Assembly (NCBI GenBank): GCA_964498105.1
Contig: CAZCGD010000246.1
Location: 1-60,693, forward strand
Reading direction: 5' to 3'
Source: an uncultured Streptomycetaceae bacterium
Lineage (GTDB): Bacteria; Pseudomonadota; Gammaproteobacteria; Burkholderiales; SG8-41
DNA: 60,693 bases
Part shown: one piece after another, positions 47,100-58,147 of the stretch
How positions within the stretch are numbered: the stretch's first letter is position 1
How the letters are laid out: each line of letters begins with the position of its first letter
Program-made: the position numbers and the translations under genes
The notes under the pieces: model-generated
What the model saw: the letters and a program-made list of their open reading frames with translations, nothing else
What the model was told of the DNA's origin: nothing
Databases searched by the model: none

Positions 47100-49033
47100 G
47101 CCGTCTTGCCGATAGGGCGGCCGGCTCCCCCCGTGCGGGTGCGCGCATCGCGGCGCACATTGGAAAATTTGTGTTTTAGATGCACCAGCAGTACCGATAC
47201 CGCCGCCGGCGTAACGCCCGGCAGGCGCGCTGCCTGGCCCAGTGTTTCCGGGCGGTGTTGATGGAGCTTCTGCTGCGCTTCGACCGACAATCCACGCAGA
47301 ACGGTGTAGTCGAGGTCCTGCGGCAACCGCAGGTTCTCGTAGTGCTCGAAGCGCGCGATCTCTTCCTGCTGGCGCTCGATATAACCCTGGTACTTGGCCT
47401 GGATCTCGACCTGCACGGCCGCCTGCGGATCATCCACACCGGGCCCGGCTCCGGTCAGGCTCATCAGCTGCGCGTACGTCACCTCGGGGCGCCGCAGCAG
47501 GTCAGCCAGCGTGTGCTCGCGTTCCAGCGGCTGTCCGAACACGCGTTCGGACTCGCCCTCCGCCAACAGCCGGGGATTGATCCAGGTGCTCTTCAGCCGC
47601 TCTTGCTCGCGCGCGATCGTCTCCCGTTTGCGCGAGAACGCCTCCCAGCGCGCATCGTCCACTACGCCAAGTTGCCGGCCGCATTCGGTCAGCCGCAGGT
47701 CCGCATTGTCCTCGCGCAGGGAGAGCCGGTATTCGGCGCGACTGGTGAACATGCGATACGGCTCGGATACGCCGCGCGCGACGAGATCGTCCACCAGCAC
47801 GCCCAGATAGGCTTCGTTGCGCCGCGGATACCACGGCGCACGGCCTGTCACCGCGAGCCCGGCATTAATGCCGGCTAGCAATCCCTGGGCGGCGGCTTCC
47901 TCGTAACCGGTGGTGCCGTTGATCTGCCCGGCAAAATAGAGGCCGGCGATCGCCCGCGTCTCGAGCGAGCGCTGCAGCCCGCGCGGATCGAAATAGTCAT
48001 ACTCGATGGCGTAACCGGGGCGCGTGATGTGCGCCCGCTCGAGGCCGCGGATTGACCGCACCAGCGCCTGCTGCGCGTCGTACGGCAGGCTGGTCGAAAT
48101 GCCGTTCGGGTAGAACTCGTTGACCGTGAGTCCTTCCGGCTCGAGAAAAATCTGGTGTGACGCCTTGCCCGCGAAGCGCGTGATCTTGTCCTCGATCGAA
48201 GGGCAATAGCGCGGGCCTACCCCTTCGATCACGCCGGTATAGAGCGGTGAGCGGTCGAGCGCGCCGCGGATGATGTCGTGGGTGCGCGCGTTGGTGTGCG
48301 TGATCCAGCACGGCCGTTGCTGCGGATGCTGCTCCCGGCCGCCGAGAAAGGAGAACACCGGGACCGGCGTGTCGCCGGGCTGCTCCGTCATCACCGAGAA
48401 ATCGATGCTGCGGCCGTCGATGCGCGGCGGCGTGCCCGTTTTCAACCGCCCCACCGGCAGCTTCAGTTCGCGCAGCCGTTGCGCGAGCGTCACCGCCGGC
48501 GGATCGCCAGCGCGCCCCGCCTGATAATTTTTCAAGCCGACATGGATCAGCCCGGCGAGAAAAGTGCCGGTCGTGAGCACCACTGCCGGCGCGAAAAACT
48601 TGAGCCCGATCTGCGTCACCACGCCGGTCACGCGATCGTTTTCTATCAGCAGATCATCCACTGCCTGCTGAAATACGCGCAGCCGCGGCTGGTTTTCCAG
48701 TCGGCTGCGGATGGCCCGTCGGTAGAGCACGCGGTCTGCCTGGGCGCGCGTGGCGCGCACGGCGGGACCCTTGCGCGAGTTGAGCGTGCGGAACTGGATA
48801 CCGGCCTCGTCCGTTGCCGCCGCCATGGCGCCGCCCAGGGCATCAATTTCCCGTACCAGGTGGCCCTTGCCGATACCGCCGATGGAGGGATTGCACGACA
48901 TCTGGCCCAAGGTCTCGATGCTGTGCGTGATCAGCAGCGTTTCGCACCCCATGCGTGCAGCCGCAAGCGCCGCCTCGGTGCCGGCGTGACCGCCTCCAAT
49001 CACAATAACGTCATATTTTTCAACAGGTTGCAT
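47096..49033 (-). CDS. mnmG: tRNA uridine 5-carboxymethylaminomethyl modification enzyme MnmG (GidA)
   Basis: [19 protein letters not shown] fold. Conserved GidA sequence throughout. ATG 49033 preferred over the 15-aa extension. Confidence 0.95.
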   Translation of the reverse strand: MQPVEKYDVIVIGGGHAGTEAALAAARMGCETLLITHSIETLGQMSCNPSIGGIGKGHLVREIDALGGAMAAATDEAGIQFRTLNSRKGPAVRATRAQADRVLYRRAIRSRLENQPRLRVFQQAVDDLLIENDRVTGVVTQIGLKFFAPAVVLTTGTFLAGLIHVGLKNYQAGRAGDPPAVTLAQRLRELKLPVGRLKTGTPPRIDGRSIDFSVMTEQPGDTPVPVFSFLGGREQHPQQRPCWITHTNARTHDIIRGALDRSPLYTGVIEGVGPRYCPSIEDKITRFAGKASHQIFLEPEGLTVNEFYPNGISTSLPYDAQQALVRSIRGLERAHITRPGYAIEYDYFDPRGLQRSLETRAIAGLYFAGQINGTTGYEEAAAQGLLAGINAGLAVTGRAPWYPRRNEAYLGVLVDDLVARGVSEPYRMFTSRAEYRLSLREDNADLRLTECGRQLGVVDDARWEAFSRKRETIAREQERLKSTWINPRLLAEGESERVFGQPLEREHTLADLLRRPEVTYAQLMSLTGAGPGVDDPQAAVQVEIQAKYQGYIERQQEEIARFEHYENLRLPQDLDYTVLRGLSVEAQQKLHQHRPETLGQAARLPGVTPAAVSVLLVHLKHKFSNVRRDARTRTGGAGRPIGKTA

Positions 49034-49112
49034 CAATAAATCCGAGCGCCATGCGACGCGGGAACAATGATACAACAAATCATGGGTTTACTAAACCAGG
49101 CGGAGGGGTAAA

Positions 49113-49128
49113 GGTTTCACGTGAAACC
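49113..49128. other. parS: parS centromere-like site (GGTTTCACGTGAAACC)
   Basis: 14 of 16 match to the parS consensus TGTTNCACGTGAAACA. The inner 14 nt are a perfect palindrome. Confidence 0.7.
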
Positions 49129-49171
49129 ACACATCGATAATGCTGCGTCGCAACACGGAAAACCAGAGCCC

Positions 49172-49187
49172 TGTTCCACGTGAAACA
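49172..49187. other. parS: parS centromere-like site (TGTTCCACGTGAAACA)
   Basis: 16 of 16 match to the canonical parS consensus. About 3.5 kb from parAB. Confidence 0.8.
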
Positions 49188-49199
49188 CCTACAGAACGG

Positions 49200-50540
49200 T
49201 TACTTCCCGATGCAGAAACGACTGAAAATTTCGCCGAGCAGGTCGTCCGAGGTGTATCCCCCCGTGATGGTACCCAGTGCCCCCTGGCACAGGCGCAGCT
49301 CCTCTGCAAACAACTCGTGGCGGCTTCGTTGCTGCTCGGCACGTTCCAGATGAGCTTGTGCCTGACGCAGAGCTTGCACATGGCGCTCGCGGGCCATGAA
49401 CAACCCCTCCCCATTCGAGCGCCAGCCGACCCCCTCCAGCAGGGCGTGTTGTAGCAACTCTACCCCTGCCCCCGTCCGGGCGGATAACCATACCGTGTTC
49501 GCGTCGCGGCCCCGTTCCACTGCGGGGGATCTCCCCTGCAAGTCAATTTTGTTCATGACCTTGATGCAAGGCAGGCCGGCGGGCATCTGCGCGAGGATGC
49601 CCCGATCCGTGGCGTTCTCGCCTAGTGTTGCATCGATCAACAGTAGGACGAGATCGGCCTTTTCGATCGCAGCCCAGGTGCGGGCAATGCCGAGCTTTTC
49701 CACGGGGTCAATGGACTCCCGCAGGCCGGCGGTATCGATGATATGCGCAGCGATTCCCTCCAGATTTATGCTCTGGCGTATCGCATCGCGGGTGGTGCCC
49801 GGAATCTCGGTAACGATGGCCAGCTCCTCTCCGGCAAGGCGATTGAGGAGGCTGGACTTGCCGACGTTCGGCTGGCCCGCCAGCACCACGTGTACTCCCT
49901 CGCGCAGCAAGCTGCCTTGCTGCGAAGCGGACAAAACCTCCTGCAGCCTGGCGCGCAGCACTGCCAGCCCGTCTATGCCATCCGCCGGGCCCAGGAACTC
50001 GCCTTCCTCATCTGGAAAGTCAATCGCAGCCTCGACTCGCACGCGCAGGTCGATCGTGGATTGAACCAAGGCATTGATTTGTTTAGAAAATTCACCACGC
50101 AGGGAACGCAATGCACTACGCGCTGCTGCCTCGGTCGCCGCATCGATGAGATCCGCGACGCTTTCCGCTTGTGCCAGATCGAGTTTGTCGTTGAGATACG
50201 CGCGGCGCGTGAATTCCCCCGGCTCTGCCAGGCGCGCGCCCAGCTCGAGACAGCGCTTGAGCAACAACTGCAGTACCAGCGGTCCGCCATGTCCGTGCAG
50301 CTCGAGCACCGCCTGCCCCGTGTAGGAACGCGGCGCGGGAAAATACAACGCGATACCCTGATCCATGACTTCGTGGCCGGCATCGAGAAATTCGGCGAGC
50401 ACCGCGTGGCGTGGCGGCAGCGGCTTGCCAATAATGCCCGCGATCAGCGGGTCGAGTTGCAGCCCCGAAATCCTCACCACGCCGATCCCGCTGCGCCCGG
50501 GGGCAGTCGCGATCGCCGCAATGGTGTCGTTTTCGGTCAT
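49200..50540 (-). CDS. mnmE: tRNA modification GTPase MnmE (TrmE)
   Basis: G1 motif [19 protein letters not shown]-terminal CIGK. Confidence 0.93.
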   Translation of the reverse strand: MTENDTIAAIATAPGRSGIGVVRISGLQLDPLIAGIIGKPLPPRHAVLAEFLDAGHEVMDQGIALYFPAPRSYTGQAVLELHGHGGPLVLQLLLKRCLELGARLAEPGEFTRRAYLNDKLDLAQAESVADLIDAATEAAARSALRSLRGEFSKQINALVQSTIDLRVRVEAAIDFPDEEGEFLGPADGIDGLAVLRARLQEVLSASQQGSLLREGVHVVLAGQPNVGKSSLLNRLAGEELAIVTEIPGTTRDAIRQSINLEGIAAHIIDTAGLRESIDPVEKLGIARTWAAIEKADLVLLLIDATLGENATDRGILAQMPAGLPCIKVMNKIDLQGRSPAVERGRDANTVWLSARTGAGVELLQHALLEGVGWRSNGEGLFMARERHVQALRQAQAHLERAEQQRSRHELFAEELRLCQGALGTITGGYTSDDLLGEIFSRFCIGK

Positions 50541-50585
50541 CGGGCAGCGCCGGCGCGGCCCACGCGGCGCTTCACTGAAGCAGCA

Positions 50586-52289
50586 TCAGCTCTTGCGCGC
50601 TGCGGCTGCGCGCTCCAGCGCGCGCGTGATCTGCCATTGCTGCGCGATCGACAGCACGTTGTTCACCAGCCAGTACAGCACCAAGCCGGCGGGAAAGAAG
50701 AAAAAGAAGACGCTGAATACGATCGGCATGATCTTCATCACCTTGGCCTGGACCGGATCCGGTGGCTCCGGGTTCAGCGAGGTCTGGATCCACATAGTCG
50801 CCGCCATCAGGATCGGCAAAACAAAGTACGGAAGTGGCGCCCACGTAGAAATGACGAACAAATCGCGTATTGCAGGAGTGGTGAGATCGTCAATTCCCAA
50901 TCCAAAGGGCGCCTGGCGCAATTCCACGCTCGCCAGCAGCACCCAATAAAGTGCAATAAAAACAGGTATTTGAACAACAATTGGCATGCAGCCGCCGAGC
51001 GGATTGATCTTCTCGGTTTTATACAGTTCCATCATCGCCTGTTGCAGTCGCTGGCGGTCGTCGCCGTACTGGTCCTTGAGCCGCTGCAGCTTCGGCGCCA
51101 GCACCCGCATCTTGGCCATCGAACGATAACTCGCGGCCGACAGCGGGTAGAACAGCGCCTTGATGATTACCGTGAGGAGGATGATGGCGACGCCCCAGTT
51201 GCCGACCCAGCCGTAGAACAACGTCAACAACCAGAACAGCGGCACGGCAATAACCGTCAACCAGCCGTAATCGATCGTGAGGTCCAGGCCCGGCGCGATC
51301 TGGTCCAGCTTCTCCTGCTCCTGCGGCCCGGCGTAGAGCGGAACGGTCACGGTCGCGCTGGCGCCCGGGCTCACCGGATTTACCGGGACGATCACGCCCG
51401 CTGCGTAGAGATTGTCATCGAGCTTGCGCGTATAAAATTCGCGCGGCGTTCCATTCTTCGGCAACCACGCGCTGAAGAAGTAATGCTGGAGCACCGCGAT
51501 CCAGCCATCGTTGCTGTTCTTCGGATAGGGCGTCTTCGCCTTGGCGATCTCCTCGAAACTCAGCTTCTGGAACTTTTCTTTATCCGTATAGATTGCCACC
51601 CCGGTGAACGTCGGCATCATTGCCGAGTCGCCAGCCGGCGGCTTGCCGTCGCGCGCGATCTGGAAATAAGCGAACGGCTGCGCCGCGGCGGCGCCCCGGT
51701 TGACGATCTCGAAACCGACATCGATCAGGTAGCTGCCCCTGCGAAACCGGTAGACCTTGCTGACCTGTACACCATCGACTGCGGGCGCGATGAGGCGCAC
51801 TTCCAGGCTGTCCTGTCCGCCGGCCAGCTGAAAGCTGGTGGCCGCCGCCTGATACACCGTTCGATGATTGGGCAGCCCGCCGCCGATCAGCCCGGATTGC
51901 GCGACATAGGTGCGCTCGGGGGACAACTCGAGCAACACGAAATCCTTGTTGCGATCGAGCGTGTCCCGGTGCTTTTTGAACTGCAGGCGGCTCAGGTCGC
52001 CGCCCTGGGTGCTGACCTGCGCAATGAACAGGTCGGTCTCAATCTGGACGGTGGCGCCCGCGTCGGGCACGCGCGCGTCGTGCTGTGGAGCAGCGGCCGG
52101 CGGCTGCGCCAGCTTGCCGCTGGGGACCGGGATATGGGTAGCAGGCGCGCCCGGCGTCCCCGTCTTGCCGGCCTGGTCGCTGACAGTCGCGGCCGGTTGC
52201 GCCGGCGGCTGCTCGCGCTGCCACGCATCCAGCAGCAGGAAAACCGAAAAAGAGAAGACGAAAAAAAGAATCAGGCGTTGTGAATCCAT
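50586..52289 (-). CDS. yidC: Membrane protein insertase YidC
   Basis: From ATG 52289: MDSQRLILFFVFSFSVFLL TM1, a large periplasmic domain, and a conserved C-terminal 5-TM core (LGGCMPIVVQIPVFIALY). Confidence 0.93.
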   Translation of the reverse strand: MDSQRLILFFVFSFSVFLLLDAWQREQPPAQPAATVSDQAGKTGTPGAPATHIPVPSGKLAQPPAAAPQHDARVPDAGATVQIETDLFIAQVSTQGGDLSRLQFKKHRDTLDRNKDFVLLELSPERTYVAQSGLIGGGLPNHRTVYQAAATSFQLAGGQDSLEVRLIAPAVDGVQVSKVYRFRRGSYLIDVGFEIVNRGAAAAQPFAYFQIARDGKPPAGDSAMMPTFTGVAIYTDKEKFQKLSFEEIAKAKTPYPKNSNDGWIAVLQHYFFSAWLPKNGTPREFYTRKLDDNLYAAGVIVPVNPVSPGASATVTVPLYAGPQEQEKLDQIAPGLDLTIDYGWLTVIAVPLFWLLTLFYGWVGNWGVAIILLTVIIKALFYPLSAASYRSMAKMRVLAPKLQRLKDQYGDDRQRLQQAMMELYKTEKINPLGGCMPIVVQIPVFIALYWVLLASVELRQAPFGLGIDDLTTPAIRDLFVISTWAPLPYFVLPILMAATMWIQTSLNPEPPDPVQAKVMKIMPIVFSVFFFFFPAGLVLYWLVNNVLSIAQQWQITRALERAAAARKS

Positions 52290-52320
52290 GACCTTGGCTC
52301 TGCTGGCGTTATCGGGTGTC

Positions 52321-52686
52321 TCAGTTGCCGCCCGTCGGCGCGGCACATTCTTCCAGCAACCGGATAACCTCCGCGCGCGCGGTTGCGGTCGAACTGTGGG
52401 GCGGACAACGGCGCAACTGCACCACGATGTCGCGTCCCTGCAGACCCTGGCGCACGGAGCGGAATGCCTCCCGCACCAGCCGCTTCATCCGGTTACGATC
52501 GACCGCGCGCGGCGCGACCCGCTTGCTGGTGATAATGCCGATGCGCGCCAGGAGCTCGCCGTTGGGCCTGACATACAGCGTGAAGTAACGCCGCGTCCAC
52601 TTCTTTCCCGCCGCCAGCGTCTCCACGTAGTGCTCGCGGCGCAGCAGCCGCGCGCTGCGCGGCAGTGTGGCGCCGCCGCTGCTCAG
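52321..52686 (-). CDS. rnpA: RNase P protein component. The 5' limit is uncertain: the first canonical start is GTG 52626, but conserved N-terminal residues are encoded up to a CTG at 52686.
   Basis: [19 protein letters not shown] (RNR motif). In-frame upstream codons read [20 protein letters not shown] with no ATG, GTG or TTG. Confidence 0.75.
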   Translation of the reverse strand: MSSGGATLPRSARLLRREHYVETLAAGKKWTRRYFTLYVRPNGELLARIGIITSKRVAPRAVDRNRMKRLVREAFRSVRQGLQGRDIVVQLRRCPPHSSTATARAEVIRLLEECAAPTGGN

Positions 52687-52817
52687 ACGCTCAATCGCGC
52701 CCGCCCCTTGGCCCGGCGCGCGCGCAGCACTCCCCGCCCGCCACGGGTCCGGCTGCGCACACGAAAGCCAAGCGAGCGCTTGCGGCGTGTTTTCGAAGGC
52801 TGATAAGTCCGCTTCAT
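52683..52817 (-). CDS. rpmH: 50S ribosomal protein L34
   Basis: Hand translation gives [44 protein letters not shown] (44 aa). Below the ORF-track length cutoff. Confidence 0.93.
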   Translation of the reverse strand: MKRTYQPSKTRRKRSLGFRVRSRTRGGRGVLRARRAKGRARLSV

Positions 52818-52924
52818 AATGGGTCCGCCCGGCTGCTGAAAAGCGCGCTATTACAACCTTTAACTCTCCGTCGTGTCAACCATTTTATGAGCGCGCCGCG
52901 ATCGGTTCCGGGGTGGTTTACTGC

Positions 52925-52933
52925 TGTGGATAA
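52925..52933 (-). promoter_or_regulatory. Perfect DnaA box (TGTGGATAA on plus) in the rpmH-dnaA spacer
   Basis: Exact reverse complement of TTATCCACA, 74 nt upstream of the dnaA ATG. Confidence 0.5.
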
Positions 52934-53006
52934 CCGTCATCAAAAGGGATAATATCCGAGTTGCAATAACCTCCTTCCTCCGCTCCCGACTTCAAGTACC
53001 GACGCG

Positions 53007-54344
53007 ATGCCGATGAACAGTTTCTGGCGCTTTTGTCTGGCCCATTTCGAGAAAGAACTGCCATCCCAGCAGTACAAAACGTGGATCAAGCCGCTGCGGG
53101 TCACGGTCAACGGCAACCGCCTCACCCTGATCGCACCCAACCGCTTCGTGCAGCAGTGGATCCGCGACAAGTTTCTGGTGCGCATCGAGCAGTTGGCGCG
53201 GGAGCAGCTGCAGCAGGGTGTCGAAATCCAGCTCACGCTCGCCGACCGGGAGTCAGCCGTCTCCCCGCCGCCGCCGCCCAGGCAGAGCGCCCCGGACCGC
53301 GGGGCAAAGCCCACCAGCCGGGAAGTATCCCGGCTCAACCCGGCGTTTTCCTTCGAGACCTTTGTGACCGGGAAGGCCAATGAGCTGGCTCGCGCCGCGG
53401 CTGCGCAGGTGGCGGAGCGCCCGGGCGCTGCTTATAACCCGCTGTTCATCTATGGCGGCGTCGGCCTCGGCAAAACCCACCTCATCCAGGCGATCGGCAA
53501 CCGCTTGCGCGAGCAGGCGCCTGAATCGAAGATCCGCTACATCCATGCGGAACAGTACGTTTCCGACGTGGTGCGCGCCTACCAGCACAAGGCTTTCGAC
53601 GATTTCAAGCGTTATTACCATTCGCTCGATCTGCTTCTGATAGACGACATCCAGTTCTTCAGCGGCAAGAACCGCACCCAGGAAGAATTTTTCTACGCGT
53701 TCAACGCGCTGATCGAGGCGCACAAGCAAGTGGTGATTTCCTGCGACACCTATCCCAAGGAGATCGCCGGCATGGAAAACCGTTTGATTTCCCGCTTCGG
53801 TTGGGGCCTCACCGTTGCTGTCGAGCCGCCGGAGCTCGAAATGCGGGTCGCCATCCTGCTCAAGAAAGCGGAGGCGGAAGGGGTCAAGCTGGACGAGCCG
53901 GTGGCGTTTTTCCTTGCCAAGCACATCCAGTCGAACGTGCGGGAACTCGAAGGCGGGCTGAAGCGCGTGCTGGCCTATGCCCGTTTTTCGGGCCGCGACT
54001 TATCCGTCGAACTGTGCCGGGAGGCACTGCGTGACTTGCTGGCAATCCAGAACCGCCAGGTTTCCGTGGAGAACATCCAGAAAACCGTCGCTGATTATTA
54101 CAAGATCAAGGTTTCGGAAATGTATTCCAAGAAGCGCAGCCGCAACGTCGCGCGACCGCGGCAGGTTGCGATGGCTCTTGCCAAGGAATTGACGCAGATG
54201 AGCCTGCCAGACATCGGGGACGCTTTTGGCGGCCGCGATCACACCACCGTGTTGCACGCGTGCCGCAAGATCGCGCTGTTGAAGTCCACCAGCAGCGAAC
54301 TGACGCGGGACTTCAATTCGCTGCTCAACGTTCTGAGGAGTTGA
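53007..54344 (+). CDS. dnaA: Chromosomal replication initiator DnaA
   Basis: AAA+ Walker [20 protein letters not shown]-terminal DNA-binding domain ([11 protein letters not shown]). Confidence 0.95.
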   Translation: MPMNSFWRFCLAHFEKELPSQQYKTWIKPLRVTVNGNRLTLIAPNRFVQQWIRDKFLVRIEQLAREQLQQGVEIQLTLADRESAVSPPPPPRQSAPDRGAKPTSREVSRLNPAFSFETFVTGKANELARAAAAQVAERPGAAYNPLFIYGGVGLGKTHLIQAIGNRLREQAPESKIRYIHAEQYVSDVVRAYQHKAFDDFKRYYHSLDLLLIDDIQFFSGKNRTQEEFFYAFNALIEAHKQVVISCDTYPKEIAGMENRLISRFGWGLTVAVEPPELEMRVAILLKKAEAEGVKLDEPVAFFLAKHIQSNVRELEGGLKRVLAYARFSGRDLSVELCREALRDLLAIQNRQVSVENIQKTVADYYKIKVSEMYSKKRSRNVARPRQVAMALAKELTQMSLPDIGDAFGGRDHTTVLHACRKIALLKSTSSELTRDFNSLLNVLRS

Positions 54345-54360
54345 TGGTCGCGGTGTTAAT

Positions 54361-54369
54361 TGTGGATAA
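54361..54369 (-). promoter_or_regulatory. Perfect DnaA box (TGTGGATAA) in the dnaA-dnaN spacer
   Basis: Exact 9-mer, 17 nt after the dnaA stop. Confidence 0.55.
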
Positions 54370-54396
54370 CTGCAGGCTTTATCAGAACGCGAGATG

Positions 54397-54405
54397 TTAT
54401 CCACA
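54397..54405 (+). promoter_or_regulatory. Perfect DnaA box (TTATCCACA) in the dnaA-dnaN spacer
   Basis: Exact 9-mer, inverted relative to the box at 54361-54369 and 27 nt away. A 7 of 9 box, TTATCCTTG, lies at 54441-54449. Confidence 0.55.
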
Positions 54406-54556
54406 ATCCACCCACGCTCACTACCGGCTTCCGCACAAACTTATCCTTGCCAGCGCGCCAGATCCCATCGCCCTTTTCACGCTTTTGCACAGAAAAATAG
54501 CCGCTCTATTACTACTATTACTTTTAAACTAGAACCTATATAGAAGAACCCAACCC

Positions 54557-55666
54557 ATGAAACTCGTTCAACTGGAACGCGACGCCCTGCTTAAACCGCT
54601 GCAGGCGGTGACCGGTATCGTGGAGAAGCGCCACACCTTGCCGATCCTTTCAAATGTCCTGATCGAGCGCAAGCCGGGCTACCTGATGTTGATGGCGACG
54701 GATCTCGAAATCCAGGTTGCGACCCGCACCGAACTCGACCAGAGCGCGGAGGAAGAAATGAGCCTGACCGTGTCCGCCCGCAAGTTGCAGGACATTTTGC
54801 GGGCGCTGCCGGAAGGCACCGAGGCCATTCTCGATGTGCAGAACAACCGGCTGCAAGTGCGTTCTGGCAAGAGCCGCTTCAATCTGCAAACACTTCCTGT
54901 CGCTGATTTTCCGGCGCTTGCGGACCCGGGCGTGGCCTTGGGCAAGATAGCGATGCCGCAGAAAGCGCTGCGGGAACTGCTGCTGTTAGTGCAGTACGCC
55001 ATGGCGCAGCAGGACATACGTTATTACCTGAACGGGCTGCTGATCGTGCTGGACGGGGAACAGGTCAAGGTCATAGCCACCGACGGCCACCGCCTGAGCT
55101 ATGCTGCGCGTCCGCTGGGGCAGCAGCAGGAGAAGCGGGAGGTAATATTGCCGCGCAAGGCGGTGCTCGAACTGGGCCGGCTGCTCGCGGACAGCGAAGA
55201 CGCGGTGACAGTAGAAATATTCACAAGCCTGGTGCGGTTCTCGTTTGGTAGCACCGTGCTCACCACCAAAATAATCGACGGCAAGTTCCCCGACTACACG
55301 CGGGTAGTGCCGACCAACTACCAGAAGCGGTTTTCGATCAAGCGACAGGACCTGCTGCAGTCGCTACAGCGTGCTGCGATTCTATCGAACGAGAAGTTTC
55401 GCGGCGTGCGCTGGATGGTGGCGGCCAACAGCCTGCGCATTTCCTGCACCAACAACGAGCAGGAGGAGGCGCAAGAGGAGATGGAGATCGCCTACGGCGG
55501 GGACGCGCTCGACATCGGCTTCAACATCACCTATCTCCTGGACGTACTCAACAACGTGCACTGCGACAGCGTGGACTGCTCGTTCGGAGATGCCAACAGC
55601 AGCATGCTGATTACAGTGCCGGACAACCGCGAGTTTCGGTACGTGGTCATGCCAATGCGCATTTAA
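54557..55666 (+). CDS. dnaN: DNA polymerase III beta sliding clamp
   Basis: MKL..ERDALLKPLQ..GIVEKR.TLPILSNVL N-terminus, three-domain length (369 aa), C-terminal VMPMRI. Confidence 0.95.
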   Translation: MKLVQLERDALLKPLQAVTGIVEKRHTLPILSNVLIERKPGYLMLMATDLEIQVATRTELDQSAEEEMSLTVSARKLQDILRALPEGTEAILDVQNNRLQVRSGKSRFNLQTLPVADFPALADPGVALGKIAMPQKALRELLLLVQYAMAQQDIRYYLNGLLIVLDGEQVKVIATDGHRLSYAARPLGQQQEKREVILPRKAVLELGRLLADSEDAVTVEIFTSLVRFSFGSTVLTTKIIDGKFPDYTRVVPTNYQKRFSIKRQDLLQSLQRAAILSNEKFRGVRWMVAANSLRISCTNNEQEEAQEEMEIAYGGDALDIGFNITYLLDVLNNVHCDSVDCSFGDANSSMLITVPDNREFRYVVMPMRI

Positions 55667-55674
55667 GGAAGTAA

Positions 55675-58118
<2,444 letters not shown>

Positions 58119-58119
<1 letters not shown>

Positions 58120-58147
58120 ATAAACGCGGCGCGCCACCGCGTTTATT
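58119..58147. terminator. Bidirectional hairpin between convergent gyrB and the topoisomerase gene
   Basis: AATAAACGCGG (58119-58129) pairs perfectly with CCGCGTTTATT (58137-58147). AT-rich flanks on both strands. Overlaps the topoisomerase stop codon. Confidence 0.55.

Noticed and set aside
49085-49097. Possible third parS site (GGTTTACTAAACC).
   Set aside because: It shares only the outer half-sites and lacks the CACGTG core of parS. It is mentioned under the parS finding but not called as a site.
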